Shown: piece by piece, positions 40,839 through 50,370 of the stretch
Layout of the letters: every line of letters begins with the position of its first letter
Numbering within the stretch: position 1 is the first letter of the stretch
The notes under the pieces: model-generated
What the model saw: the letters and a program-made list of their open reading frames with translations, nothing else
Databases searched by the model: none
Told to the model about the DNA's origin: nothing
Made by a program: the position numbers and the translations under genes
Origin: Mucilaginibacter sp.
Lineage (GTDB): Bacteria > Bacteroidota > Bacteroidia > Sphingobacteriales > Sphingobacteriaceae
DNA: 64,000 nucleotides
Reading direction: 5' to 3'
Assembly: GCF_039207105.1 (NCBI RefSeq)
Contig: NZ_JBCECK010000012.1
Span: 2,632 to 66,631 of the forward strand

Positions 40839-40948
40839 TTTTGTAAGTGTGAAATATTTGCTGGGCATTGCAAACCTGGATTCCCGTCCGTTGGTTTGCA
40901 AAAATTATTACACGGCGCTGTATTGACGTACAGGGCCGTTTGTTTTTT
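40839..40948 (+). ncRNA. Candidate cis-antisense sRNA (DonS-like) at the second fecR-susC junction
   Basis: -7 TATTTTTG (40826-33) overlapping the susC ATG, or AATATTTG (40853-60) with TTTG 19 nt upstream; internal hairpin 40868-40901; terminator 40912-40948. Confidence 0.42.
40912..40948 (+). terminator. Antisense-strand intrinsic terminator
   Basis: ACGGCGCTGTA-TTGACG-TACAGGGCCGT followed by TTGTTTTTT on +, opposite to fecR-susC. Confidence 0.68.
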
Positions 40949-40956
40949 CCGGAGGT

Positions 40957-41898
40957 TTAGTAGAGAGTTACTTCCTTGCCCTCCTTTCTGAAATGCGTGT
41001 TGTGAATCTGGCTAATCACTTTCAGTATCTGGTCTGCCGGTAAGTTGTGTTGAATACGAAGACTAAAGAGGTAACTGTGTACATGCTCATTTCCCGGCTT
41101 AAGCGATAAACCAAATATGTTATTGATTACCACTGCCAACTCCTGAAAATTAGCTTGCGATAGCGTAGTGTACCCTGTTTTCCAGCTTTGGGCATCGTTA
41201 GCATTGACACTTTGCTGGTGATATAGTCCTGTAACGGTGACGTAACTCAATTGCTGGCCGGGAAGTAACATGGCCAGGCATTTACCGCTTTTAACCACGC
41301 CTACCTTACCGGTAGCCACCGAAACCTGTATGTTATTTAATTTTTGATAGGAACGTATATTAAAAGAGGTTCCCAACACCTGTACATTTAATTTACCGGT
41401 ATGAACCACAAATGGATGTTGCGCATCTCTTTTTACTTCAAAAAAAGCTTCACCCTCAATCAGTTTGATTTCGCGCAGATGGCCTTTAAACTCAACAGGT
41501 ATCTGAATGGTACTGGCGGCATTAAGCCATACCACCGAACTATCAGGCAGGTTAATTTGCTTAAGCCCGTTGGTTGAGGTATGGATGGTAGTATAAACCG
41601 GTTGCTTTTTAGCCAGGCTAAGGGTTCGTAAATGGTAAAACATAAGCGATAAGCCGACAAAGACCAACAGGCTTGCCGCAATACGAAACATGGGCAATCG
41701 GAAAACAGAAGGCTTAGCCAAACCAGGTTTCACTTTGGCGTATATCATATTCCTGACGCGCTGCTTTTCAGCTTGGCTCAGATCCTGCTCCTTATCATTA
41801 TAGGAGTTGTACCAGGCTTCAATTAAGGCGTTCTCAGTTTCGTTAGCTTTACCTTTTGAGTATGCGGTTAGTTTTTTTCTTAATTTATCAATATCCAT
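40957..41898 (-). CDS. fecR: FecR family anti-sigma factor
   Basis: RIAASLLVFVGL TM; INLPDSSVVWLNAASTI; GEAFFEV; VLGTSFNI. Confidence 0.92.
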   Translation of the reverse strand: MDIDKLRKKLTAYSKGKANETENALIEAWYNSYNDKEQDLSQAEKQRVRNMIYAKVKPGLAKPSVFRLPMFRIAASLLVFVGLSLMFYHLRTLSLAKKQPVYTTIHTSTNGLKQINLPDSSVVWLNAASTIQIPVEFKGHLREIKLIEGEAFFEVKRDAQHPFVVHTGKLNVQVLGTSFNIRSYQKLNNIQVSVATGKVGVVKSGKCLAMLLPGQQLSYVTVTGLYHQQSVNANDAQSWKTGYTTLSQANFQELAVVINNIFGLSLKPGNEHVHSYLFSLRIQHNLPADQILKVISQIHNTHFRKEGKEVTLY

Positions 41899-41914
41899 AT
41901 CCCGGGTTATCAGT

Positions 41915-41946
41915 ATTAAGTCGCTGAAAACCCTTCGGGGTACTTA
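41915..41946 (-). promoter_or_regulatory. Candidate ECF promoter for the second fecR
   Basis: Minus strand TAAGTA..N17..CGACTT shortly before the fecR ATG. Confidence 0.35.
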
Positions 41947-41970
41947 TAATTAAGATGATCTTTATGTTAA

Positions 41971-42564
41971 TTATTTGTGAAGTAGTGGTAGCAGTAAAGC
42001 CAGATAGGTGAGGTGCTTTTCGGGATATTTTTCGACAATAACGATGCGTAAACGGCGCGTAGCCTCTGCAATATAATTTTTAACGGTTTGATCAGCCAGA
42101 CCCAATTCGCCGGCAATGGCTTTTACGGAAAGATTATCGCAGCGCAGCCTGTAAACTTTTTTTAGCATTTCGGGCATGCCGTTTTCCGCCTCTTCCAATG
42201 TTTTTTCCAGTTCAATGTAATCGGCAATGGCATCTATTGAATCTTCGAGCAGATTGATACGCTCCAGGGCATCCTGCATCCGAAGGTCGCTGGCCTGTTG
42301 TGAACGGAAATGACTGATCACACTAAAACGCACAGCACCGTGTAAATAATTTTCGATCGATGTATTAATGCTGAGCTTTTCGCGGCGTTGCCAGACTTTT
42401 ATAAATATTTCCTGAACAATATCCTGTGCAATTCCATCATCACCTAATCGGGCGAATGCAGCTTTGTAGAGTTTCTCCCAATAACGGTCGAACAAAACGT
42501 CGAAAGCAGCATGATCATTTGCTTTAATTTGTTGAAGTAAGGCTAAATCAGATGAATGCTCCAT
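41971..42564 (-). CDS. ECF sigma-70 factor, FecI-like
   Basis: AFDVLFDRYWEKLY; DIVQEIFIKVW; LADQTVKNYI; upstream of fecR; own -7 TAATTTTG at 42573-42580. Confidence 0.92.
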   Translation of the reverse strand: MEHSSDLALLQQIKANDHAAFDVLFDRYWEKLYKAAFARLGDDGIAQDIVQEIFIKVWQRREKLSINTSIENYLHGAVRFSVISHFRSQQASDLRMQDALERINLLEDSIDAIADYIELEKTLEEAENGMPEMLKKVYRLRCDNLSVKAIAGELGLADQTVKNYIAEATRRLRIVIVEKYPEKHLTYLALLLPLLHK

Positions 42565-42610
42565 TGACTAAGCAAAATTAAACATCCAATGTTAAGGCAA
42601 CTTTAATTCT

Positions 42611-42661
42611 AACGCGTCTCAAACTTGATGTTCAATTGTAACATCAAGTTTGAGACGCGTT
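42611..42661. terminator. 22-bp perfect hairpin after the decarboxylase gene
   Basis: AACGCGTCTCAAACTTGATGTT-caattgt-AACATCAAGTTTGAGACGCGTT; no U-tract. Confidence 0.55.
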
Positions 42662-42685
42662 TATACTATTAAGATCCGACTTTTA

Positions 42686-44104
42686 TTATTTATCCATTTC
42701 CTGCGTAATTGTGATTATAGATCCGATCAGTTCTTTCAGATCGCTTTGGGTTACCATTGGGTTCATGATGGAAGAACGCAAATACACCTGCCCGCCAATG
42801 GTTGTACTGACAATGTAAAAGTTTCCTTTATCCAATGTTCGTTTTAAGATTTGGCGGTTGAGCTCATCCAGGTCGCCTTTTCCCTCTGTAAAACGGTAAC
42901 AAACGATGTTTGCCTGCGGCTCACAGGCAAGTTCAAACTTTCCTGTGTCTTTTAATAAGCCTGCAAAAATTTTAGCCTGTCCATACAGGTGCTCGATGTT
43001 TTCCTGATAAATCCGGTCGCCATAAATTTTCATAATGGCGTAGGTATGCAGGATGGTCATTGGTTTGGTACACTCAAAAGTTTGTTTACCGGAATTGTAC
43101 CATTCATCGCTTTGTGAATCATCCCACAAGTATTGCGCATTTTGAGTAAAGGTATATCTGGAAAGTTTTTTATCCCGGAAGATCAGCGCAGTAGATAGGG
43201 AGGGTACCATCATCATTTTGTGAAAATCCACAATAATTGAATTGGCCCGCTCTATGCCATTCAAAAGATGGGCATAAGATGGCGAGAAAATGGCGGGTGC
43301 GCCATGCGCTCCATCCACATGAAACCAGATCTGATGTTTGTTTGCGAAATCTGCGATAGCTGCCAGATTATCATAGGCGCCGGTGGCCGTTGAACAAGCG
43401 CAACCTATTATACAGAAGACGTGTTTTGATTGTGCATTGGCATACAAGGTTTCTAATTGGGTAATATCAATATTGAATTGATCTGTTACCGGTATTTTTA
43501 TAACGTTTTCAAGCGGAATACCCATTACCGTGAAGGCCCTGCTGATGCTATAATGTGCTTCTTCGGATACCATAATCGCCAGCTCGTCTGCTTTAACCTG
43601 AGGATGTTGAAAGCAGTAATAGTTTCGGGCGGCTACTAAGGCCGTCAGGTTGCCGAGGCTTCCTCCCGAGGTTACCAGGCCGGAGGCTTCCTCGCCAAAA
43701 CCGAAATGTTTTGCCAGCCAGGCAATCACCAATTTTTCCATCGCGTTTCCTGCCATTCCCATTTCATACACGGCCATACCGTTATTTAGATAAGCAATGA
43801 TTGCCGATGTTAGGATGGTGACCGGCAAAGTTGGCGGTACCTGGTGGCCGAGGTAGCCCCGACTATGGAGATTGATTGATTTCGCCATGACGTTTTCGAG
43901 CAAATTCAATAAATTGGTATCTTCTCGGTTATCCAGGTCATTTTGCCAAAAGGCCAATTGATCTTCAGGTAATTCGAACTGAATGGTGTGTGGTATAGGT
44001 AATGTTTGCGCTTTTTTAAACGCCGACGTAAGGCTTTCGATTACTTGTAGACCAGCCTGATTGAAATGTTGCGGATCGTATGCCTGATTGATTATACTTT
44101 TCAT
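42686..44104 (-). CDS. Group II PLP-dependent amino-acid decarboxylase
   Basis: TSGGSLGN; AHYS; STATGAYD; HVDGAHG; DFHK (PLP lysine); ATG 44104 preferred. Confidence 0.9.
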   Translation of the reverse strand: MKSIINQAYDPQHFNQAGLQVIESLTSAFKKAQTLPIPHTIQFELPEDQLAFWQNDLDNREDTNLLNLLENVMAKSINLHSRGYLGHQVPPTLPVTILTSAIIAYLNNGMAVYEMGMAGNAMEKLVIAWLAKHFGFGEEASGLVTSGGSLGNLTALVAARNYYCFQHPQVKADELAIMVSEEAHYSISRAFTVMGIPLENVIKIPVTDQFNIDITQLETLYANAQSKHVFCIIGCACSTATGAYDNLAAIADFANKHQIWFHVDGAHGAPAIFSPSYAHLLNGIERANSIIVDFHKMMMVPSLSTALIFRDKKLSRYTFTQNAQYLWDDSQSDEWYNSGKQTFECTKPMTILHTYAIMKIYGDRIYQENIEHLYGQAKIFAGLLKDTGKFELACEPQANIVCYRFTEGKGDLDELNRQILKRTLDKGNFYIVSTTIGGQVYLRSSIMNPMVTQSDLKELIGSIITITQEMDK

Positions 44105-44135
44105 CTCATTTATTTTTTTACAAATCAAAAGGTTC

Positions 44136-44176
44136 TTATTAATAATAAAAAATACTTAATTTTGATTTATTAATAA
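44136..44176. promoter_or_regulatory. Candidate LysR boxes in the divergent spacer
   Basis: TTATTAATAA at 44136 and 44167; the first extends to TTAT-N5-ATAA (T-N11-A). Confidence 0.4.
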
Positions 44177-44190
44177 CAAAAACGCATAAG

Positions 44191-45069
44191 ATGGATGTCT
44201 CTGTTCTTCGGAATTTTATCACGCTTGCGGAAGAGTTAAATTTCACCAGGTCTTCTGGTAAATCTTTTATTGCACAGCCTGCATTAAGCCGGCAAATCAA
44301 AAACCTCGAAGATGAAGTTGGGGCACAATTGTTCATCCGCAATAAAAGGAATGTGGAACTTACACCGGCAGGCAAATACTTCAGGGATGAGGTTGAACGT
44401 ATGCTTCAGCAGTATGATTATGCCGTTAACAGGACAAAAAGCCTGCATCGCGGGGAATCCGGGGTGATCAGAATCGGCTATACCCATTCGGTCATGCAAA
44501 GTTTCCTTCCCGGACTCATTAAGCAGATCAATGATGTATTTCCAGATATCAGAATCATTTTACTGGAATTTAACAATGCCAGGCAGTACGAAGCTTTGAA
44601 GGATCGCGATATCGATATTGGGTTTTCGACAAATCCGGAGATACCGGAAGGATTTAAAAGTAAACTGATGGTTCGGGAAAACTTTGCGGTTGGTTTACCC
44701 AGAGATCATGTCATGACTTCGGATTCTTTTCGGTCACTTGCCGATTTGAAAAATGAAAAGTTTATTCTTGCTCCCAAGCGTGAAGGCCCGATGTATGTGG
44801 CGCTGATTGAGTCTATGTTTGTTGAGGCTGGCTTTTTACCACAAATCGTCCATGAAACGCCTTTTGCAGGCACGAGTATCAGACTTGTGGAAATGGGCGT
44901 TGGCCTGACGATTGAACCGCTGTCCAGTTTAAAAAATTACCCGGGAATAAAAGTGATCGAACTGAAAGATCTGACCCAGAAAGCTGAAATTGTGATGTTG
45001 TGGCAGCAATCGGCAGAGGACAATCTAATCGGAGTCATCGACCTGATCAGGGAACATCAGCTGATTTAA
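44191..45069 (+). CDS. LysR family transcriptional regulator
   Basis: LAEELNFTR..IAQPALSRQIKNLEDEVGAQLFIRNKRNVELTPAG. Confidence 0.94.
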   Translation: MDVSVLRNFITLAEELNFTRSSGKSFIAQPALSRQIKNLEDEVGAQLFIRNKRNVELTPAGKYFRDEVERMLQQYDYAVNRTKSLHRGESGVIRIGYTHSVMQSFLPGLIKQINDVFPDIRIILLEFNNARQYEALKDRDIDIGFSTNPEIPEGFKSKLMVRENFAVGLPRDHVMTSDSFRSLADLKNEKFILAPKREGPMYVALIESMFVEAGFLPQIVHETPFAGTSIRLVEMGVGLTIEPLSSLKNYPGIKVIELKDLTQKAEIVMLWQQSAEDNLIGVIDLIREHQLI

Positions 45070-45080
45070 TACCTTTATTT

Positions 45081-45953
45081 ATGGCTATCAAAACAAAAGA
45101 CCATAGCATAAAAGAAATAGATGTTATTGTTAATGCTGAACATTACCAATACACTGGTGAACGAATCAGTATCCCACTCCGACGGAATGATTTTTACAAA
45201 ATTTGGCTCATAGAAAGCGACGGACGGCTGTTGTTTGATGATAAGGACATTCTTATTGACAGACCGGCATTATTTTTCACAAATCCCTTAGTTCCGTATG
45301 CGTATGAAAGTTTAAGTGAAACCCGGACAGGTTACTGGTGCGTTTTTAAAAAGGAATTTCTGAATACATTTGAAATAAACAAAAACATGCGCGCCTCACC
45401 ATTATTTAACGCGGCCAATGTCGACGTTTATTTTCTTGATCAGGAGCAATTCGTAACCGTAAAGGCGCTTTTTAATATGCTGATCAAACAAGTAAACTCA
45501 TCATCTGCATTTAAAGAAGACATCATACGGAACTATATTTATTTGCTAATTTACGAGGGATTAAAAAATAAGGGCGTATCTTCTATTGGTCATCCTGTTT
45601 ATCCGGCAAGCCGTATTACAAATTCGTTTTTAGCGTTGTTGGAAAAACAGTTTCCGATACAGTCTCCGGAGCAACCTCTGCAAATCCGTACAGCAAGCCA
45701 TTTTGCCTCGCGGCTGGCTGTACATGTTAATCATCTGAATCATGTGGTTAAAGAGGTTACAGGGCATTCAACCACTTCGATCATTACTGAAAGAATGATG
45801 AATGAGGCAAGAGCCTTACTAAGATATAGTGACTGGAATATTGCAGATATCGCTTATGCTTTAGGATTTGAGTATCCCAATCACTTCAATAGTTACTTCA
45901 AAAAGCATGAAGGTGTTACACCTGCATCTTACCGAAATCAAACAAATATTTGA
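45081..45953 (+). CDS. AraC family regulator
   Basis: RRNDFYKIWLI; LAVHVNHLNHVVK; IADIAYALGFEYPNHFNSYFKK.EG.TP; ATG 45081 preferred over 45000. Confidence 0.92.
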   Translation: MAIKTKDHSIKEIDVIVNAEHYQYTGERISIPLRRNDFYKIWLIESDGRLLFDDKDILIDRPALFFTNPLVPYAYESLSETRTGYWCVFKKEFLNTFEINKNMRASPLFNAANVDVYFLDQEQFVTVKALFNMLIKQVNSSSAFKEDIIRNYIYLLIYEGLKNKGVSSIGHPVYPASRITNSFLALLEKQFPIQSPEQPLQIRTASHFASRLAVHVNHLNHVVKEVTGHSTTSIITERMMNEARALLRYSDWNIADIAYALGFEYPNHFNSYFKKHEGVTPASYRNQTNI

Positions 45954-46031
45954 TTTTTGTATCTATTCGTTTGAGGCTTGTATTGAATGCAAATCTTAGC
46001 ATACCTAATTTTGTACTTAAAAGTATAAAAG

Positions 46032-46934
46032 ATGTGGACTAAAGAAAATATCCCTGACCAAACAGGTAAAACGGTAATTATCACAGGAGCAAATACAGGA
46101 TTAGGATTTGAAGATGCGTTGGCTTTATATGAAAAAGGGGCAAACGTTATTATGGCTGTCCGTGATACCAATAAAGCACAACAAGCTGTTGATAAAATAA
46201 GAGCGAACGGCGGAAATGGCAATGTAGAAGCGGCCTTGCTTGATTTGTCAAGTCTGGAATCTGTAAAAGAATTTGCGGATAATTTTGTAAAGCAATATCA
46301 GCAATTACACTTACTCATTAATAACGCAGGCGTAATGATGTGCCCGCCGGCTAAATCAAAAGAAGGTTTTGAATTACAATTTGGCGTAAACTTCATCGGT
46401 CATTTTGCATTAACCGGTTATTTATATCCTTTATTAAAGAACACACCTCATTCAAGAGTTGTTACTTTAAGCAGTGGCGCCCATAAATGGGTTGATGACA
46501 TTGACTTTAGCAATCTGAAGTTAGAAAAAACATATGATCCAAGAAGAGAATATGGGATAAGTAAATTAGCTGATCTGCTATTTACGATTGAATTGCAAAA
46601 GCGCATTCGATCAGCAGGTGATCAAATTCTTTCACTTGCGGCACATCCGGGTATCACCAGAACAGATTTACAAAGACATGTAGATGATATTGACGTACAA
46701 CTGGCAAAATATCCTGTAGTAATGCAGCCCTGGCAAGGTGCGTTACCTACTTTGTATGCCGCAACTGCGCCCGGCGTTAAGGGTGGATCTTATTACGGTC
46801 CTGATGGGGAAAATGAATTGCATGGTTATCCGGCACTTGCAAAAATAGGTGATTCAGCGTTGAATGATGTTACCGCAAAAAAATTATGGCAGTATGCTGA
46901 GCAAATCACAGGAGTTGTTTACCCCGCTCAATAA
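46032..46934 (+). CDS. Short-chain dehydrogenase/reductase (retinol-dehydrogenase-like)
   Basis: TGANTGLG; NNAGVM; YGISK; AHPG. Confidence 0.92.
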   Translation: MWTKENIPDQTGKTVIITGANTGLGFEDALALYEKGANVIMAVRDTNKAQQAVDKIRANGGNGNVEAALLDLSSLESVKEFADNFVKQYQQLHLLINNAGVMMCPPAKSKEGFELQFGVNFIGHFALTGYLYPLLKNTPHSRVVTLSSGAHKWVDDIDFSNLKLEKTYDPRREYGISKLADLLFTIELQKRIRSAGDQILSLAAHPGITRTDLQRHVDDIDVQLAKYPVVMQPWQGALPTLYAATAPGVKGGSYYGPDGENELHGYPALAKIGDSALNDVTAKKLWQYAEQITGVVYPAQ

Positions 46935-46952
46935 TCATATCCGCGATCCAAG

Positions 46953-46992
46953 AAAAAACGGCTGTTTCGATTCCGAAAACAGCCGTTTTTTT
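46953..46992. terminator. Bidirectional terminator
   Basis: AAAAAACGGCTGTTT/AAACAGCCGTTTTTT. Confidence 0.88.
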
Positions 46993-47010
46993 GATTTAAG
47001 AGATTAACTA

Positions 47011-47481
47011 TTATAAATGTGCTCTTAACATCCAGGCCATTTTTTCATGCGTTTCCATCAGTCCGGTAACATAATCACTTGTACCTACATCCTTCATTTT
47101 TTCTGCAAATACAGTGATCAATCCGCGTAAACGAATAATGATGCTTTCGTGATCTCCGAGCAATTCTTTTATAAAGCCGGCGCTGTCATTTTTTTCCCGG
47201 AGTTGCTCGGTAAGGTGTGTTAAGTTTAAGAAAGATTGCAAAGTTGCAGGCGCATAATGCCCCAGTGAACGAATGCGCTCGGCAACGCCATCCATGATCT
47301 CATCAAGCTCATTATATTGTGATTCAAAAAATACATGGACAGTATGGAAATTGGGCCCTTCAATGTTCCAATGGGCATTTCTTGTTTTGGTGTATAGTAC
47401 ATATTCATCCGCAAGGATGTGATTTAGTTCATGAGCTACTTCGCTCAGTAATTCTTGTGGTATACCAATATTTGTTTTCAT
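47011..47481 (-). CDS. dps: Dps ferritin-like DNA protection protein
   Basis: HWNIEGPNF..VH..FE..Y...D..AERIRSLG; EKMAWML. Confidence 0.95.
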   Translation of the reverse strand: MKTNIGIPQELLSEVAHELNHILADEYVLYTKTRNAHWNIEGPNFHTVHVFFESQYNELDEIMDGVAERIRSLGHYAPATLQSFLNLTHLTEQLREKNDSAGFIKELLGDHESIIIRLRGLITVFAEKMKDVGTSDYVTGLMETHEKMAWMLRAHL

Positions 47482-47538
47482 TAATGGTTTTTATGTTTTT
47501 AACAGATATGTTTTTCAAGGTAGATGTTAAACTGTAGT

Positions 47539-48519
47539 TTAAAACAGGTGAGACCGTAATTCCGCAGCCGCGTGTAAGAACAACGATTTTACCTGTGGTA
47601 AATGTGCCAATGGGTTTAACAAACCGAAATCATGAATCACGCCGTTATAACGTATAGTAGTTACCTGCACGCCGGCTTCATCAAGCTTTCTTCCGTACGC
47701 CTCACCCTGGTCTCTGAGAATATCAGCTTCCGCAACCTGAATAAGGGCCGGGGGAAGTGACTTTAATTGTTCAATAGAGGCATTTAATGGTGAAAGGTGT
47801 ATTTGCTTCCTTTGTTCTTCATCTTTAGTATAAGCATCAAACATCCATTTCATTACCGGGGTTGTTAAAAAGCGATCTGCTCCAAACAGCTTGTACGATT
47901 CCCAGTCAAATGTGGCAGAGGTTACCGGCCACATCATGATCTGAAGTTTAATTTCCGGGCCGCCTTTTTCTTTGGCCTGGATCGCGGTTACCGCAGTCAT
48001 GTTTCCGCCTACGCTATTACCTACAACCGCAAGACGTGATCCGTCTACACCAATCTCCTGACCGTTTTCTGCAACCCATTTAGTTGCCGCATAAATTTCG
48101 TTAATGGCCTGTGGGTAATGTGCTTCCGGAGAGGGCGTATAATTCACGAAAACTCCCGCTGCACCCGAAAGAACAACAAGTTCGCGTACCATTCTTTTAT
48201 GAGTCGGGTAATCACCTAAAATCCAACCACCTCCGTGAATGAACATAAATACAGGCAGTATCTCTTTACTGCCTTCTGGCTTTACAATATTAAGTTTAAT
48301 TGTAAAGCCGTCTGCTGTGATTGTTTTTTCAGTTTCTTCAATTCCTGAATAATCAATCTCTACTGATTTCTGAGCATTGACAAGCACCTGTCTTGCCTCA
48401 TCATAGGGGAAGGTTTCCAGGCCAGGGCCGCCCGGACCGTTTAGTGCCTGTAAAAAATCTTTAGTGAGTTTGGAAAGCGCCTGGTCCTCCAGGACTGCTA
48501 CAGCTTGTTTGTTTTCCAT
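47539..48519 (-). CDS. HSL-family esterase/lipase
   Basis: HGGGW; GNSVGG; AEADILRDQG; IHDFG. Confidence 0.9.
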   Translation of the reverse strand: MENKQAVAVLEDQALSKLTKDFLQALNGPGGPGLETFPYDEARQVLVNAQKSVEIDYSGIEETEKTITADGFTIKLNIVKPEGSKEILPVFMFIHGGGWILGDYPTHKRMVRELVVLSGAAGVFVNYTPSPEAHYPQAINEIYAATKWVAENGQEIGVDGSRLAVVGNSVGGNMTAVTAIQAKEKGGPEIKLQIMMWPVTSATFDWESYKLFGADRFLTTPVMKWMFDAYTKDEEQRKQIHLSPLNASIEQLKSLPPALIQVAEADILRDQGEAYGRKLDEAGVQVTTIRYNGVIHDFGLLNPLAHLPQVKSLFLHAAAELRSHLF

Positions 48520-48564
48520 GTGATTTAATATTAAAGTGTTTAATAATCAATAATTTAATCCTTA

Positions 48565-50046
48565 TTAGCTTATTTTATGGCTGACATCTACATTCAGTCC
48601 TTTTGCAACGGCCATTCCCAGGTTCATATCTGCTCTGAACCAATGACATATCTGGCGGTTAATGATCTCCTCACGTTTTGGACCTGTAATACCGCTCATG
48701 GCAGTGACGATATTGTGGATGAGTCTTTCTTTGGCTTGTTCATCCATTAGCCTGAATAAATTTCCTGGTTGTGAGTAATGATCATTTTCGCCCTCAGCAT
48801 TACGGTCATACCAGTCAGCAACTGAGTTGTCAAGCGGTAAAGCCGGCTCTCCATAGCTGGAATCGGTGATGATGTTATCAAAGCTGTTCGGAGCATAATT
48901 AGGCGCACCGCCCTGGTTTCCGTCAACACGCATCTGTCCGTCACGTTCATAATTATTGACCATGAACGGGCAGCGGTTAACCGGAATTTGCTCATAATTT
49001 GCACCTAAACGGTAACGCTGGGCATCTGGATAGGATAAGATGCGCCCTTGCAGCATTTTATCAGGAGAAAACCCAATACCGTTCACAATACGAGCTGGTG
49101 CGAAAGCTGATTGCTCAACGTGGGCAAAATAATTATCGGCATTTTCATTAAGCTCCAGAGTACCCACGTCAATAAGGGGGAAGTCTTGATGAGGCCATGC
49201 CTTGGTTAGGTCAAAAGGATTGATATGATAGGTTTTTGCTTCGCTTTCTGTCATCACCTGGATTTTGAATTTCCATTTAGGAAAATCTCCTCTGTCAATA
49301 GCCGAAATAAGATCTTGCTGCGCGAAGTCAGGGTTTTCTCCACGCATTTGCTGCGCTTCTTCATTGTTAAAGTTTTTGATACCCTGCATGGTCAAAAAAT
49401 GATATTTTACCCAAACACGTTCGTTATTCGCGTTAATAAAGGAGTAAGTATGACTACCAAAGCCGTGCATATGTCGATGTCCGTAAGGTGTACCACGATC
49501 ACTCATAACAATTAATACTTGATGAAGTGTTTCCGGATTAAGTGAGAAAAAATCCCAGGTCATCGTCGGATTTTTACAGTTGGTATAAGGGTCACGTTTC
49601 TGTGTGTGAATAAAGTCACTGAATTTTTTAGGATCTTTAAGAAAAAAAACCGGGGTGTTGTTACCTACTATATCCAGGTTACCATCTTCCGTATAAAACT
49701 TGATCGCGAACCCGTGCGGATCACGTTCGGTATCAGCACTTCCTTTTTCACCTGCTACCAAAGAAAAACGCATAAATATTCTTGTTTGTTTGCCAATGGT
49801 ATCAAAAACTTTTGCTTTTGTATAGGCTGTAATGTCGTTTGTAACGGTAAAAGTTCCGTATGCGCCCGAGCCTTTGGCATGTACTACTCGTTCAGGAATT
49901 CTTTCCCTGTTGAAATGAGCCATTTTTTCGTGTAGTATGAAATCTTGTATTAATACTGGTCCGCGCGGGCCGGCAGTCATTGAGTTTTCATTCACATGCG
50001 AGGTGTAAGGGATACCTGAAGCGGTTGTTAGTTTTTTAGTTTCCAT
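48565..50046 (-). CDS. katA: Monofunctional small-subunit heme catalase
   Basis: [13 protein letters not shown]; VGNNTPVFF; [12 protein letters not shown]. Confidence 0.95.
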   Translation of the reverse strand: METKKLTTASGIPYTSHVNENSMTAGPRGPVLIQDFILHEKMAHFNRERIPERVVHAKGSGAYGTFTVTNDITAYTKAKVFDTIGKQTRIFMRFSLVAGEKGSADTERDPHGFAIKFYTEDGNLDIVGNNTPVFFLKDPKKFSDFIHTQKRDPYTNCKNPTMTWDFFSLNPETLHQVLIVMSDRGTPYGHRHMHGFGSHTYSFINANNERVWVKYHFLTMQGIKNFNNEEAQQMRGENPDFAQQDLISAIDRGDFPKWKFKIQVMTESEAKTYHINPFDLTKAWPHQDFPLIDVGTLELNENADNYFAHVEQSAFAPARIVNGIGFSPDKMLQGRILSYPDAQRYRLGANYEQIPVNRCPFMVNNYERDGQMRVDGNQGGAPNYAPNSFDNIITDSSYGEPALPLDNSVADWYDRNAEGENDHYSQPGNLFRLMDEQAKERLIHNIVTAMSGITGPKREEIINRQICHWFRADMNLGMAVAKGLNVDVSHKIS

Positions 50047-50241
50047 TGGTTTTAATTTGTATATTAAATATTTTGATAAAGCGGATATTTGAATAATTCA
50101 TAGCTGTTTTATCAATGTCAGATCCTCGCTAAGCTTGCCGGTATAACCGGATATAGCTATACGGCTATGCGTAATAAAGTAAACGCTGGTTCAATCAACA
50201 GGAACTGAAATTCCAGGTGTCCTCATAGGGCCCGTACAACA

Positions 50242-50296
50242 AAAGTCAATACATTTTTTGCTTCCAAACGTTGACCAAAGTCAATATATTTTTTTG
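50242..50296. repeat. Direct repeat upstream of katA
   Basis: AAAGTCAATA(C/T)ATTTTTT at 50242 and 50277 (35-bp period), with TTGACC motifs next to the second copy. Confidence 0.6.
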
Positions 50297-50370
50297 ACCT
50301 ATATCATCTTTCGCCTATTGGCGGCGTTGCAATTTTGGTTACGTAAAAGAAGATAGGCTATAATCAAAAA

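Noticed and set aside
42611-42661. Hairpin as a bidirectional ECF promoter (TGTAAC/TGAAC..CGTT)
   Set aside because: Spacer is 15 nt rather than 16-17, and the sigma gene already has a housekeeping -7 box
15066-45080. Long N-terminal extensions from track starts 15066, 25563, 26980, 40901 and 45000
   Set aside because: They overlap upstream genes or regulatory DNA; downstream ATGs give proper signal peptides or family N-termini
50153-50168. OxyR box before katA
   Set aside because: ATAG-N8-CTAT has the wrong spacing and only one half-site pair
50098-50226. Minus-strand 43-codon frame with an internal TGA (MRTPGISVPVD*TSVYF..) upstream of katA
   Set aside because: Too short and no recognisable family; cannot be told from chance
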